From the NCBI GenBank assembly GCA_903884505.1, contig CAISET010000015.1, positions 10,819 through 74,818 on the forward strand: 64,000 nt of DNA. Reading direction: 5' to 3'. The translations under genes and the position numbers were made by a program. Source of the DNA: an uncultured Candidatus Micrarchaeota archaeon. GTDB taxonomy: Archaea > Micrarchaeota > Micrarchaeia > Burarchaeales > Fermentimicrarchaeaceae. Below are positions 41,680-50,804 of this stretch, piece by piece; the stretch's first letter is position 1, and each line of letters starts with the position of its first letter. The notes below the pieces were generated by a model. It was not told where the DNA came from, did not search any database, and was given only the letters and a program-made list of their open reading frames with translations.

Positions 41680-43752
41680 TTGGAAAAACGCAGAAATGTG
41701 CTCAAAGGATTCTTCTTCACGCTACTGATAGTCGTGCTGTTCTCGCTCATCCTCCTCTCGCTGCGCGCCTGGATGAAGGGGCAGCAGGGTCCCGAGGAGC
41801 TGAATGCGGTAAGGGAACGGGCGGATGCAATGACCAGCATGATGGGCTCATGCGCCGCTGACGCGGACAGGATGACCTACCTCGCAGGCAACCGCTCGCT
41901 CTATTATGCGGCGTTCTATTCCGCCTACAACCTGACCGCGCACAGCAGCTCCAACCGCAGCGCCTACGAGATAATGTGGAACGCATCGCTCAACGGCTCC
42001 CCGAACTACGGTGTTCCGCCGGACACGTGCACTGCAGGCTCAAGCTTCTGCTATTTCGCAAACCAGACCGAGAACGCGACAATGGGCCTCTGGTGGCAGG
42101 GATTTGCGGCTGCCGCAGAAAAATACGGCTTCGACGCAAGCTGGCGACTCCACAGCTTCAACGCTTCCCAGTCCTCCCTCTCCGGAGTCTCGATTGCGCA
42201 CACCGCCAGCTTCGGGCTCAATGATTCGGCCGGCGTCGCATCGTTCAACAGGACGGTCTCGTTCAACAGGACCGTGAACATAACCGGCTTCGAGGACCCC
42301 ACGCACGCCATCTTCACCGACGGCGCAACACACCGCAACATCACCTGGTGGCCATACGACGCAAGCTATAATCTCACCTCAACAATCGCCACCGCAAGCA
42401 ACGGAAGCGGCTGGGTTTATGGCAATGCCACAACAATCCCCGGATGCTGCGTGGTCGACAACTGCACGGACGGCACGTTCGATGCCGTGGACTGGAACAC
42501 GACGCTCGTGGTAAACGATTCCAGCGCGCTCGCAGCGAACTGCCCTGATGCCGTGGCCAACAACTTCCGCGGAATCCTCTCCAACTACGGGAACGATTCC
42601 ATGTCAAGCATCACGGTCCCGAATGCATTCAACTTCGTCGGCGACATAACCTCCCTGGTGCCGAACGGGACCGCCGTGCTCATAAACAACGAAGGCGACA
42701 CGCACGAGGCCCTGGACGTGGAGGGGCTGCGCAACCTCACCGAATACGGCGCGTACTACAGGGAGAACCAGAACGCCCCGGACTTCATGATGCGGCTCGA
42801 GATGAATTTCAGCAACTCTCCATACGGGATTGAGTCGCTGATGAACTACTCGGAGGTCACGGACGCCGGCTTAAACCGCTCCTGGGCGGACTATTATTTC
42901 ATCAACGGGACCAGCTGCTCGGACTTGGCATCGGGATGCTTCAAAATCAAGGGGACCCTGAACTGCGAGAACTCCACGAACTGCAGCGACGACTCGGCAA
43001 TCCATTTCAGGCTGGACAACGAGACCGTGGTGGCGCAGCTTCCGGGATGCGTGCAGCCCCCTTCCGGGATGGTCGGGTGGTGGCATTTCGACGAGGGGAC
43101 CGGAACGAACGCCGCAGACAGCTCGGGAAACGGCAATAACGGGACGGTAAACGGCGCAACCTGGAACTCCAGCGGGATGTTCGGGGATGCGCTGACGTTT
43201 GACGGGAGTAATGATTATGTGAATACGACTTCGTCCGCCGGGTTATCCGGAGATTTTACGCTAGAAGCGTGGTTCATCGCAAATACCGTCCCAAACAGCA
43301 AAGGAATCGTAAGTGCCGGCTGCCAAACACCGTCGCAAAATTGTACAGATATAATGGGGTATGACGATAATATAACCGCGTTCATTGGGAGCGGTGGGGC
43401 ATACCTCTACTTGGTGGGGAACACGCCAATTGCTACAGATACCTGGTATTTTGCAACGGTAACCTATAACAGCACAACCCAGAATGTTTCTTTGTATGTT
43501 AATGGCGCGTATGACGCGAGCGCAATCCAGGCTACAACCGTTTCATTAACGCCTGTCTTCGGCAGGTTCTATTCCAATTACAACGATTATTATTTCAACG
43601 GCACCATCGACGAGGTCGCAATCTACAACCGCGCCCTCACGCAGGATGAGATTCAGGCAATCTACAATGCGGGCCCCGCAGGAATGTGCTACGGCATGAG
43701 CATGCCGCACCTCAACTACTACGGGATGGAGAACCTGACCCTGCCGAACTAG
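41680..43752 (+). CDS. Large pilin-like protein P5 with a C-terminal concanavalin-A-like lectin (LamG_3) domain; putative pilus adhesin
   Basis: TTG start. MEKRRNVLKG|FFFTLLIVVLFSLILLSL. ~450 aa are N-glycosylation-sequon rich. The C-terminal GMVGWWHFDEGTGTNAADSSGNGNNGTVNGATWNSSGMFGDALTFDGSNDYV...TWYFATVTYN...GTIDEVAIYNRALTQDEIQAIY is a classic LamG/Laminin_G_3 signature. Confidence 0.7.
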   Translation: MEKRRNVLKGFFFTLLIVVLFSLILLSLRAWMKGQQGPEELNAVRERADAMTSMMGSCAADADRMTYLAGNRSLYYAAFYSAYNLTAHSSSNRSAYEIMWNASLNGSPNYGVPPDTCTAGSSFCYFANQTENATMGLWWQGFAAAAEKYGFDASWRLHSFNASQSSLSGVSIAHTASFGLNDSAGVASFNRTVSFNRTVNITGFEDPTHAIFTDGATHRNITWWPYDASYNLTSTIATASNGSGWVYGNATTIPGCCVVDNCTDGTFDAVDWNTTLVVNDSSALAANCPDAVANNFRGILSNYGNDSMSSITVPNAFNFVGDITSLVPNGTAVLINNEGDTHEALDVEGLRNLTEYGAYYRENQNAPDFMMRLEMNFSNSPYGIESLMNYSEVTDAGLNRSWADYYFINGTSCSDLASGCFKIKGTLNCENSTNCSDDSAIHFRLDNETVVAQLPGCVQPPSGMVGWWHFDEGTGTNAADSSGNGNNGTVNGATWNSSGMFGDALTFDGSNDYVNTTSSAGLSGDFTLEAWFIANTVPNSKGIVSAGCQTPSQNCTDIMGYDDNITAFIGSGGAYLYLVGNTPIATDTWYFATVTYNSTTQNVSLYVNGAYDASAIQATTVSLTPVFGRFYSNYNDYYFNGTIDEVAIYNRALTQDEIQAIYNAGPAGMCYGMSMPHLNYYGMENLTLPN

Positions 43753-43780
43753 TTAGCCCTTTTGGATGGCAACAAATTCA

Positions 43781-44105
43781 TGCCGCCTTGCGGCAACAGC
43801 TTGCCCGCCACCAAGCGGGCAATCGCCTGCTGGCGAAATGTTGGCAACTGCGGCCGCCAACGCTCGCTGCCATATCCAGCCGCCTTCGGCGATTGATTTC
43901 GCCTTGCGGCGAAAGCTTTCGCATCCCGGATGCGAAATTTTAGCGGCAAAGCCGCTAAAGCTGTCGCTTTGCCGCGGGCAAAGCGCCATTGAGTCGCCTT
44001 TCGGCGACAGCTCAAATCGCCTGCGGCGATAACTGCGCAACTCACGTTGCGCATCGCCAACTTCGTTGGCGACTGTCTGTTGTTTCGCCCCGCTCAACAA
44101 CATCC
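43781..44105. repeat. Hairpin-mosaic repeat element, copy C (longest, ~13 mini-hairpins) in the convergent intergenic region
   Basis: TGCCGC-CTTG-CGGCA, GCCCGC-CACCAA-GCGGGC, GTTGGC-..-GCCAAC, CCGCC-TTCG-GCG, TTCGCC-TTGCG-GCGAA, TTCGCATCC-CG-GATGCGAA, AGCGGC-AAA-GCCGCT, CGCTTTGCC-GCG-GGCAAAGCG, GTCGCC-TTTCG-GCGAC, ATCGCC-TGCG-GCGAT, GCGCAAC-TCACG-TTGCGC, GCCAAC-TTCG-TTGGC. The 3' end is a degenerate copy of the shared terminus. Confidence 0.75.
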
Positions 44106-44135
44106 TAAAAGCGCTAGCGGAAAATGCCAAACTCT

Positions 44136-45128
44136 TTACGTAAGTATCCCGGCGAAGACGGTGCTGAATATCCAGTTCGTCATGAAGAAGATCGACAGCC
44201 CGGCAGCCATGATGAAGGGCATTATCCTTAGGCCGTTGGCGGAATTGCCGGTCTGTATGACCGCTATTATAAGAGACGCGATTGCCGTGGTGATGATGGT
44301 CGAGAGAAGGGAGAATGCGAAGAAGTCCGAGGACGTGATTCCGGGTGGCTGGGGCGAGAGGAACATCATCCCGCCGGTCGGCAGGCCCTCGGGGTTCTGC
44401 TCCAGCACCCTGTCCCATATGACGTTCGTGATGTTTATGAGCTGGTTGGACAGCGCATAGAGCAGGGGCGCGCCGACCACGCTCGCGAATATTATGAATA
44501 TGACATACATCAGCATCATTCCGGAAATCTCCTTGTGGAGCAGCTGCAGGTTCCTTATGTCCTGCCCCGTCTTCTCGAGCAGCGCCGCGACCTCGCCACC
44601 TGCCGACATCCCCTCAACGAGGAGGTTTATCGTCCTCTCGAGCGTCTTCGACTGGAACCGCGTCCCGAGCCTCTTTATCGCATCCATGAAAGGCTCGCCG
44701 CTGAACGTCCTCTTCGTGACCATCTCCACCTCCTGCGAGAGCAGGCCGAACTCGGGCCTGGCGGCGAACCACAGCGCCCGGTCTATGGGCATGCCGGCGC
44801 GCACATTGGCGCTCGCGAGCTGGAGGAACTCCGGGAGGATGTTCTCCACCTTGTTCCGCCTGTCGTCTATCCTGAGGAGCAGCCACGCATAAATTATCCC
44901 AAGCGCCACGAATATGAGGCACAGGGAAACTATCAGCGCATATTTCGGAAGGAACGGGTTGATGAGGAAGAACGAGACCAGCGGGACGATCGCGCAGAGC
45001 ACCATAACCGTGCCCACGAACGCCTCGGGCCTCATGTTCACTCCTGCCATCGAGAGCGTGCTCGCAATTCCCATCACGAAGTTCCTCGGAAACATCCTTC
45101 CCAGTGCGTTAAGCTCAACCATATTCAA
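44136..45128 (-). CDS. Type II secretion system F-domain membrane protein (FlaJ/TadC/EpdK-like pilus platform protein), C-terminal-half paralog
   Basis: 330 aa with ~8 TM segments and the T2SSF-like cytoplasmic segment (...LLQLASANVRAGMPIDRALWFAA...). 4-bp overlap with the upstream platform gene. Confidence 0.75.
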   Translation of the reverse strand: MNMVELNALGRMFPRNFVMGIASTLSMAGVNMRPEAFVGTVMVLCAIVPLVSFFLINPFLPKYALIVSLCLIFVALGIIYAWLLLRIDDRRNKVENILPEFLQLASANVRAGMPIDRALWFAARPEFGLLSQEVEMVTKRTFSGEPFMDAIKRLGTRFQSKTLERTINLLVEGMSAGGEVAALLEKTGQDIRNLQLLHKEISGMMLMYVIFIIFASVVGAPLLYALSNQLINITNVIWDRVLEQNPEGLPTGGMMFLSPQPPGITSSDFFAFSLLSTIITTAIASLIIAVIQTGNSANGLRIMPFIMAAGLSIFFMTNWIFSTVFAGILT

Positions 45129-46111
45129 ACCTCGAAGTTCGGCCTTGAAGAACTCATCATCGCAAGGAAGATGTACTGCAGCACCCCGAGCAGGAACAGC
45201 ACGATGAGCAGCATATTGAAGTCAATCTTTATGTTGATGAATGAGGTCAGGATAATGCCTATCGCGATGCCCAGCGAGGGCAGTATGATCCCGAAAAGCA
45301 TGTAGAACATCGTGATCGGGTTCAGCGTCTGCCCGTACCTCTTGAGCGCGATAACCTGCTCCTGCGAAATCTGGCTCAGCACTATCTCGAGCGCCAGCGC
45401 CATGTCGGCGCCGGACCTCATCGATGTGACCATCTGCAGGAGTATCTGCCTGAACGGCTTGGAGGTGTTCATGTCGCTGGACTCCTGCATGGCGATCTCC
45501 GCGGGCACGCCGCTCTGTATCCTCTCCACAATCTTCCCGAATTCCTCGCTCGCCACCCCGTAGTTCCTGCTGACGTTCGCCATCGCGTTGAAGAGCGGGA
45601 CGCCGGACTTTATGGCAATAAGCATGTCCCTCCCGGCGAAAAGCACGTCCCTGTCGAGGTCCTTCTCCCTCGCCTTTATCTTGACTTTCGGATACTGTAT
45701 AACCCACAGGAAGACGGCCGCGAAAACCAGCGGTATCACGAGCAGCGTTAGGAGCAGCGGCAAACTCAGGGTGGTCGCCAGCACTGCGAACAGTACTCCG
45801 CCCCCAAGCGCGAATATGGTTGCGACAATGAGGGTTTGTGCGATGAATTTTGGCGCGTCCATCGGCATGTTCGCCCTCTTCAGGTTCTTCTGGAGCTCCG
45901 GGAACCGCTTCTCTAGGAGCCTGAGGCCTATCTTGATATAGTCGGTCCGCTGCTTCGCCTCCACCCGCGGGAACTTCTTCGGAGGCGCCTTCTCAGCTTC
46001 CGTCCTCTCCACCAGGGCCGCCGTCTCCTTCTTCTGCTTGGCGCTGAGCTTCTTCTTCGCCTCCTCTATTGCAGCCGCAACCTCTGCAGCGCTTTTCTCA
46101 GCCATAAGCAT
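45125..46111 (-). CDS. Type II secretion system F-domain membrane protein (FlaJ/TadB/EpdJ-like pilus platform protein)
   Basis: 328 aa: cytoplasmic N-terminus, then TM helices and a T2SSF segment (...FAGRDMLIAIKSGVPLFNAMANVSRNYG...EIAMQESSDMNTSKPFRQILLQMVTSMRSGADMALALE...). Confidence 0.75.
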   Translation of the reverse strand: MLMAEKSAAEVAAAIEEAKKKLSAKQKKETAALVERTEAEKAPPKKFPRVEAKQRTDYIKIGLRLLEKRFPELQKNLKRANMPMDAPKFIAQTLIVATIFALGGGVLFAVLATTLSLPLLLTLLVIPLVFAAVFLWVIQYPKVKIKAREKDLDRDVLFAGRDMLIAIKSGVPLFNAMANVSRNYGVASEEFGKIVERIQSGVPAEIAMQESSDMNTSKPFRQILLQMVTSMRSGADMALALEIVLSQISQEQVIALKRYGQTLNPITMFYMLFGIILPSLGIAIGIILTSFINIKIDFNMLLIVLFLLGVLQYIFLAMMSSSRPNFEV

Positions 46112-46115
46112 CCAC

Positions 46116-46922
46116 TTACTCTTCCTTCATCTCTTTTTCTATCTCCTCTTTTAAGCGTTCCTCTCTTCTCTTCTTTTCCTCAGAGGACATCCTCTCCGAT
46201 ACCTTCCTGGCGATCTCCTCCTTGAGCACCTTCGCGCGCTCCATCCGCTTTGCCTCATCATCGGTCGGCTTCGCCTCGGGCTGCGGTTTTCCCCCCGCTT
46301 CCGGCGCCTGGGACAACTGCTGTGCGGCGGCCGGCTTCCTCTCCTCCATCTTCTCAAACAGCGTCTTCCTCGGGGCCTTCCCCATGAGCTTGGCAAGCCG
46401 CTCCCCCATCAGGCGCCTCTGTTCCTCCTCGCTGACAGCCGCAGTTGGCGCCTTTACCTCGGGCCTGGTTGGCGGTGCGGCAGGCAGTATCTTCCGCTGC
46501 CCAGCAGGCTCGACTGGCCGCGGCGAAGGGGCCTCGGCGGCGGGCTTCTCCGCCTTTGCTGCGGGCTTCGCTTTGACCTCTTCCTCCGCGAACCTCCTCT
46601 TCATCTTCTCCAGCTCTTCCTGCCCACGCTTCTCCCCTTCCTCCGGCGAGACCCTCGCCGCGCGCGGCGCAGCAGCGGCAGCAGGCACCCGTCCCTGCAC
46701 CACCCCCAGCTTGGCCTCGATGCGCAGCGCATCCTCAAGCGCCTTGTCGAAGCTCATCACGGAGATTTCGGTCGGGTCCTTCTCCTCGAAAAGCGCGGCG
46801 CCGGCGAGCTTCTCCTTCGGGATCTCCGGCATCAGGACAAGCAGCCCCTCAAGCCTCTTCACCTCGGCAATCGCCTCGCTGAAAAGAGCCTGGTCCACGT
46901 TTGGCAGCCTTTCTTCCGGCAT
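46116..46922 (-). CDS. Highly charged K/E/A/P-rich low-complexity protein (pilus-operon accessory; unknown)
   Basis: 268 aa with EEEVKAKPAAKAEKPAAEA-type tracts. Lies between the ATPase and platform genes on the same strand. Confidence 0.4.
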   Translation of the reverse strand: MPEERLPNVDQALFSEAIAEVKRLEGLLVLMPEIPKEKLAGAALFEEKDPTEISVMSFDKALEDALRIEAKLGVVQGRVPAAAAAPRAARVSPEEGEKRGQEELEKMKRRFAEEEVKAKPAAKAEKPAAEAPSPRPVEPAGQRKILPAAPPTRPEVKAPTAAVSEEEQRRLMGERLAKLMGKAPRKTLFEKMEERKPAAAQQLSQAPEAGGKPQPEAKPTDDEAKRMERAKVLKEEIARKVSERMSSEEKKRREERLKEEIEKEMKEE

Positions 46923-46931
46923 TGCACCACG

Positions 46932-48443
46932 CTACCAAAACTGCTCGGGGTTGAACTGCGCATCGGACTGGACCATGTTAAGGACATCCTCGGGGCTCCT
47001 GTAATACCTCGCGATGACAAGCCCCACGTCATCCACTGACATGACCTTGTTCTTGAACATCCACCTGAGCACCTTGGACTTCTCGGCTATGCTCTCGCCT
47101 ATCTCCTGGTGCGTCATGCCAGCATAGAGCGCGAGCGTGTCAGCAAGCACGCTCATCTCGTTCAGCTCCTTGATAGCATCAGTCTTCAAGTCCCATCTGT
47201 AGAGCACGTTCACGTCCCCGCCCTTCGTCACTTCCGCGAACTCCAGCACGCGGCGGATTCCGAGCCTCCTGTGCCTGAACTGGACCACTATCGCGCTGAT
47301 GGCATCCAGCATGGTCTTCGGGATGTTGACGGGCGGGTTTATCAGCCTTGTAATCGTGTCGCCGGCATTGTCCGCGTGCAGTGTCGCGTAAACCGAGTGC
47401 CCCGTGTGCATTGCCTCGAACAGCACCTCTGCCTCGCGCTGCCTTCGAATCTCTCCCACCAGCATCCTGTCGGGCCTCTGCCTCAGGGAATTGACTAGCA
47501 GGTCCAGCATCGTGACCTCTCCCTTCCCCTCGACATTCGCCTCCCTTGTAATCATGGGCACCCACTGGAAGAACTTGGGCAGCGTCAGCTCCCTCGTGTC
47601 CTCAATCGAGACTATGCGCTGGTTCGGCGGGATGAACGCGGAGATGGCGTTGAGGAAGGAGGTCTTCCCGCTCGCGGTCCCTCCGCTCACAATCACCGAG
47701 AGCTCGTTCTGGAAGCAGAGCCAGATGAGCGCAGCCACTTCCGGAGAAATGGTGTTCTTCTCCATCAGGCGCGTTATTGTCCAGGGGTTCCTTGCGAACT
47801 TGCGGATTGTAATCGTGTTGCCGTGCATGGAGACCGGGAACAGCGTGGCATTCACACGCTCCCCGCTCGGCAGGTGTGCGTCCATCAGCGGGTTCAAAAT
47901 GGTTATCTGCTTCCCAATCCTCCTGCCTATGGAAGCGGCATGCTCGTAGATAGCCTCCTCGCTCTTGAGCCTTATGTTCGTCTTGCACCATCCATACGTC
48001 TTGTGGTATATCCAGACGGGCTCATCCGCGCTGTTGACGACTATCTCCTCGAGCTGGTCGTCATGCAGGGGCGGCTCCAATTCGCCCATCCCAAGCATCT
48101 GCTGTATCAAATATGATGCCAAAATCTTCTTCGTGTCTTCGCTGAGCGTCATGAAGTGCTTCTCGAGCAGCCTCGTGGCCTTCTCCTCGAACTTCCTCTT
48201 CACCTGCTCGGCCATCCTCGGATTGATAAGCTCGCTGACATCGAGCTTCACCTCGGTTATGAGCTCTCCCTTCAGCGTGTTCAGGACTATCTTCGTCCCT
48301 TCCCCCAGCCCCGGTATGGCTATTTCATAAAGGGGCACGAAGTCCCTAGTCTGCAAAATCCTGACATTGACCGGTATCCCGTCTGCGTCTATGCTGTACT
48401 GGTCAAGCAGCTTCTCCTCGCCTTTTCCCGCAACATCAGCCAC
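46932..48443 (-). CDS. Type IV pilus / archaellum-family secretion ATPase (FlaI/TadA/PilB-like, VirB11 superfamily)
   Basis: 503 aa with Walker A GGTASGKTSFLNA, Asp box IVSIEDTRE, Walker B/His box ...RPDRMLVGEIR...TGHSVYATLHA. Confidence 0.9.
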   Translation of the reverse strand: MADVAGKGEEKLLDQYSIDADGIPVNVRILQTRDFVPLYEIAIPGLGEGTKIVLNTLKGELITEVKLDVSELINPRMAEQVKRKFEEKATRLLEKHFMTLSEDTKKILASYLIQQMLGMGELEPPLHDDQLEEIVVNSADEPVWIYHKTYGWCKTNIRLKSEEAIYEHAASIGRRIGKQITILNPLMDAHLPSGERVNATLFPVSMHGNTITIRKFARNPWTITRLMEKNTISPEVAALIWLCFQNELSVIVSGGTASGKTSFLNAISAFIPPNQRIVSIEDTRELTLPKFFQWVPMITREANVEGKGEVTMLDLLVNSLRQRPDRMLVGEIRRQREAEVLFEAMHTGHSVYATLHADNAGDTITRLINPPVNIPKTMLDAISAIVVQFRHRRLGIRRVLEFAEVTKGGDVNVLYRWDLKTDAIKELNEMSVLADTLALYAGMTHQEIGESIAEKSKVLRWMFKNKVMSVDDVGLVIARYYRSPEDVLNMVQSDAQFNPEQFW

Positions 48444-48456
48444 TCAACACCACCCG

Positions 48457-49632
48457 CTAGCCCTTCTTCTCCCCCTCAACCTTCCAGATGTTCTTCATCG
48501 AGCCCTTCATCTCCTTCTGCTTGTGCTCGTATTTCTCCTTCTTCTTGTCCGTCTCGGCGAGCCTGCTCTTCGCATCTTCTATGCGCTTCAGGATCTCGTC
48601 CATCGTCATCTTCCCCTTTGAGAAGTCGAGCAGCCCCAGCCCCGAAATAATCTTCTCTAGCTGCTCGCTGATCTCCTTCTTCTCCTCCCGCATCCTCTTC
48701 AGCTCGGCATCGGTCCTGCGCAGCTTCTCAAGCCTGGCATCGAAATCCTTCACGACTGCCTCTGCGTCCGCAATCCTCTTGTCGAGCTCGGCTGACGCGC
48801 CCTTGACATCGGAGTCGGACTTCTTCCCGGCCCCCACGAACCCGCCAATCTTCTTCTCGAACTCGGCCCTGACCTTCTTCACGTCCGTTTCGGAATCCTT
48901 CAGCCTCTTCTCCAGGCCGGTTGCCCTCGCCTTCAGCTCCTCGTGCTCCTTCTCGCGCGCATCCAGCCTCTGCTCGATATCCTTGGACTTCTTCCCCACT
49001 TCCGCAACATAAGCGTCAAGCTCCTTCCTGAGCACCCTGAGCTGCTCCAGCTCGGGCCCCATGGCCGTCAGCGCAGCCTCGAGACCCTTGTCCTCCGCCT
49101 CAGAGCCTTCCGCAATCTTCGCCTCATCGTCAATCTGCGCCCTGAGCGCGACAATCCTCGACTCGAAGCCCTTAGAAAGTTCCGAAATCCTGAAGTTGAC
49201 CTCCTCCTTCTCCCTCTTCAGCTCGTGCATCTTCTCCAGCTGGTTCTTCACGCCGCCCATCTTGACCTCGAAGGCCTCGCTTATCTTCGAGAACTCGTCC
49301 TGCAGCGAATCCAGCTGCTTGCTCAGCTCCATAATCTCCTCGAGCTGCGATTCGCCCACCCTCACCGCTGCCGCGCGCCTGTCCGAAATCTCGGAGGCCT
49401 TCACCTCCATCTCCTCCTTCGTGCGCGCGACCCAGACAAGATAGACTTTCGTAAGCTGGTACTCGATTTTGATAAGCCCCTGCTCCTCGAGGACGGTCGC
49501 CCATTCCTCGAGCACCTGCCTCGACAGCCCCATCCTCAGGGCCGCCTCGTTTATGTCAATCCTCTGTTCTTCCCTGACAAGCTTTATGAACGCATCCACG
49601 CCGGTGCTTATCATTCCCAAATCGAGCGCCAT
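48457..49632 (-). CDS. Winged-HTH plus long coiled-coil protein, first gene of the pilus-assembly operon. The ORF track's alternative start is 49677.
   Basis: N-terminal ...GVDAFIKLVREEQRIDINEAALRMGLSRQVLEEWATVLEEQGLIKIEY (wHTH-like), then ~300 aa of heptad-rich E/K/L sequence. The internal ATG at 49632 lies ~22 bp downstream of the palindromic TATA region. Confidence 0.5.
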   Translation of the reverse strand: MALDLGMISTGVDAFIKLVREEQRIDINEAALRMGLSRQVLEEWATVLEEQGLIKIEYQLTKVYLVWVARTKEEMEVKASEISDRRAAAVRVGESQLEEIMELSKQLDSLQDEFSKISEAFEVKMGGVKNQLEKMHELKREKEEVNFRISELSKGFESRIVALRAQIDDEAKIAEGSEAEDKGLEAALTAMGPELEQLRVLRKELDAYVAEVGKKSKDIEQRLDAREKEHEELKARATGLEKRLKDSETDVKKVRAEFEKKIGGFVGAGKKSDSDVKGASAELDKRIADAEAVVKDFDARLEKLRRTDAELKRMREEKKEISEQLEKIISGLGLLDFSKGKMTMDEILKRIEDAKSRLAETDKKKEKYEHKQKEMKGSMKNIWKVEGEKKG

Positions 49633-49640
49633 GCCCAGAA

Positions 49641-49670
49641 CTTTTATTAATAGCATTAATAAGCTTTTAG
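49641..49670. promoter_or_regulatory. Bidirectional promoter with perfect palindrome TTATTAAT-AGC-ATTAATAA flanked by cttt/aagctttta
   Basis: The only AT-rich island between the divergent pilus-assembly operon (-) and the gene at 49696 (+). TATA-like halves sit ~25 bp from the starts on each strand. Confidence 0.5.
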
Positions 49671-49695
49671 GTGTCATTATAAACGTCGTGATGCC

Positions 49696-50802
49696 GTGGC
49701 ACTGAAAGAGCAGCTCCTTTCGACCGTTTTGAAGAAAGAGGAGCTGAGCCCCATCGAGCGGTTCAAGTTCGAAAGCCTGCTTTCTGACAAGTTCGGGAGG
49801 GATGGCCTGCGCGTCTATTTTCTCATAAACGGGATCAACACCGTGCAGCAGATGCTCTCGCAGACCGGAGTCAGCGAGAAGAGGCTCCTCGAAATCCTTA
49901 ATTTCGCGTCCGACAGCGGGGTCATCCGAATCGCGCCCACGCTTCTCGAGGACGTCCCTTCCGGGCCGGCCCCTGGCGTGGCGCCAGACATGGCGAGGGC
50001 GAAGGCAGGCGTCATGCCCACTCTCCGCTCATCCGCTGAGAAGAAGCTCTATGACCAGTTCGGCCAGCAGGGCGTTGATGTCTACCGGCTCATGGACAAG
50101 GTCAGCCTCCCTTCCGAAATCCTCTCCCGCATCCCAATCCAGGAGGCAAAGCTGCTCGAGATACTCAAATACATGCAGAAGGAGGGCCTCATCGGGCTGC
50201 AGGCCCCCGAGGAGGCGCCCGCCGAGATTGAAGAGGAGGAGATTCCCGCGCCAAGGGAGGAAGCCCCAAGGCCCGTTAAGGCGCAGATGCCCCCGAAGCT
50301 TCCAACCCAGGAGCTCGCGCTTCCCCCGCGGCCAGTCTACCTCCCAATAAAGAGGCAGCTCGGCCTTTTCGGAAAGCTGAAGATAGAGGCGGAGCTCATC
50401 AAAAGGTTCGGCCAGCACGGCATGCACCTCTACTCGCTCATAGACGGCGAGAGGACCACCATCAAGCTTTCCAAAATCTCCAGGTACCCGATGTCGCTCA
50501 TCGACAGCATGCTCGACATCCTTTCCGCGCACGGCGCAATCGAGCTGCGCGAGCTCACCGGGGACGAGATAAGGGAGCGCTACGGGGAGGAGGGGCTCGC
50601 AATCTACGACGTCTACGGCCGCGACGGCGTGCTCATCTACGAGATGATAGACAAGCGCGCCACAATCAAGGAGATAATAATGGCAAGCGGCCTCCCGCCC
50701 AAGCGCGGGGTTGAGATTTTCGCCTTCATCCACAAGATCCTCGGGCTCGAAATCCCGCTGGACACCAACATCCTCTACAGGCAGCTCGGGATAGAGGAAT
50801 AG
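49696..50802 (+). CDS. Protein of four ~50-85-aa internal repeats (unknown function; upstream partner of the giant pilin-like genes)
   Basis: GTG start, 368 aa. The repeats are LLSDKFGRDGLRVYFLINGINTVQQMLSQTGVSEKRLLEILNF.., KKLYDQFGQQGVDVYRLMDKVSLPSEILSRIPIQEAKLLEILKY.., ELIKRFGQHGMHLYSLIDGERTTIKLSKIS..SMLDILSAHG.., DEIRERYGEEGLAIYDVYGRDGVLIYEMIDKRATIKEIIMASG.. Confidence 0.5.
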   Translation: MALKEQLLSTVLKKEELSPIERFKFESLLSDKFGRDGLRVYFLINGINTVQQMLSQTGVSEKRLLEILNFASDSGVIRIAPTLLEDVPSGPAPGVAPDMARAKAGVMPTLRSSAEKKLYDQFGQQGVDVYRLMDKVSLPSEILSRIPIQEAKLLEILKYMQKEGLIGLQAPEEAPAEIEEEEIPAPREEAPRPVKAQMPPKLPTQELALPPRPVYLPIKRQLGLFGKLKIEAELIKRFGQHGMHLYSLIDGERTTIKLSKISRYPMSLIDSMLDILSAHGAIELRELTGDEIRERYGEEGLAIYDVYGRDGVLIYEMIDKRATIKEIIMASGLPPKRGVEIFAFIHKILGLEIPLDTNILYRQLGIEE

Positions 50803-50804
50803 CC

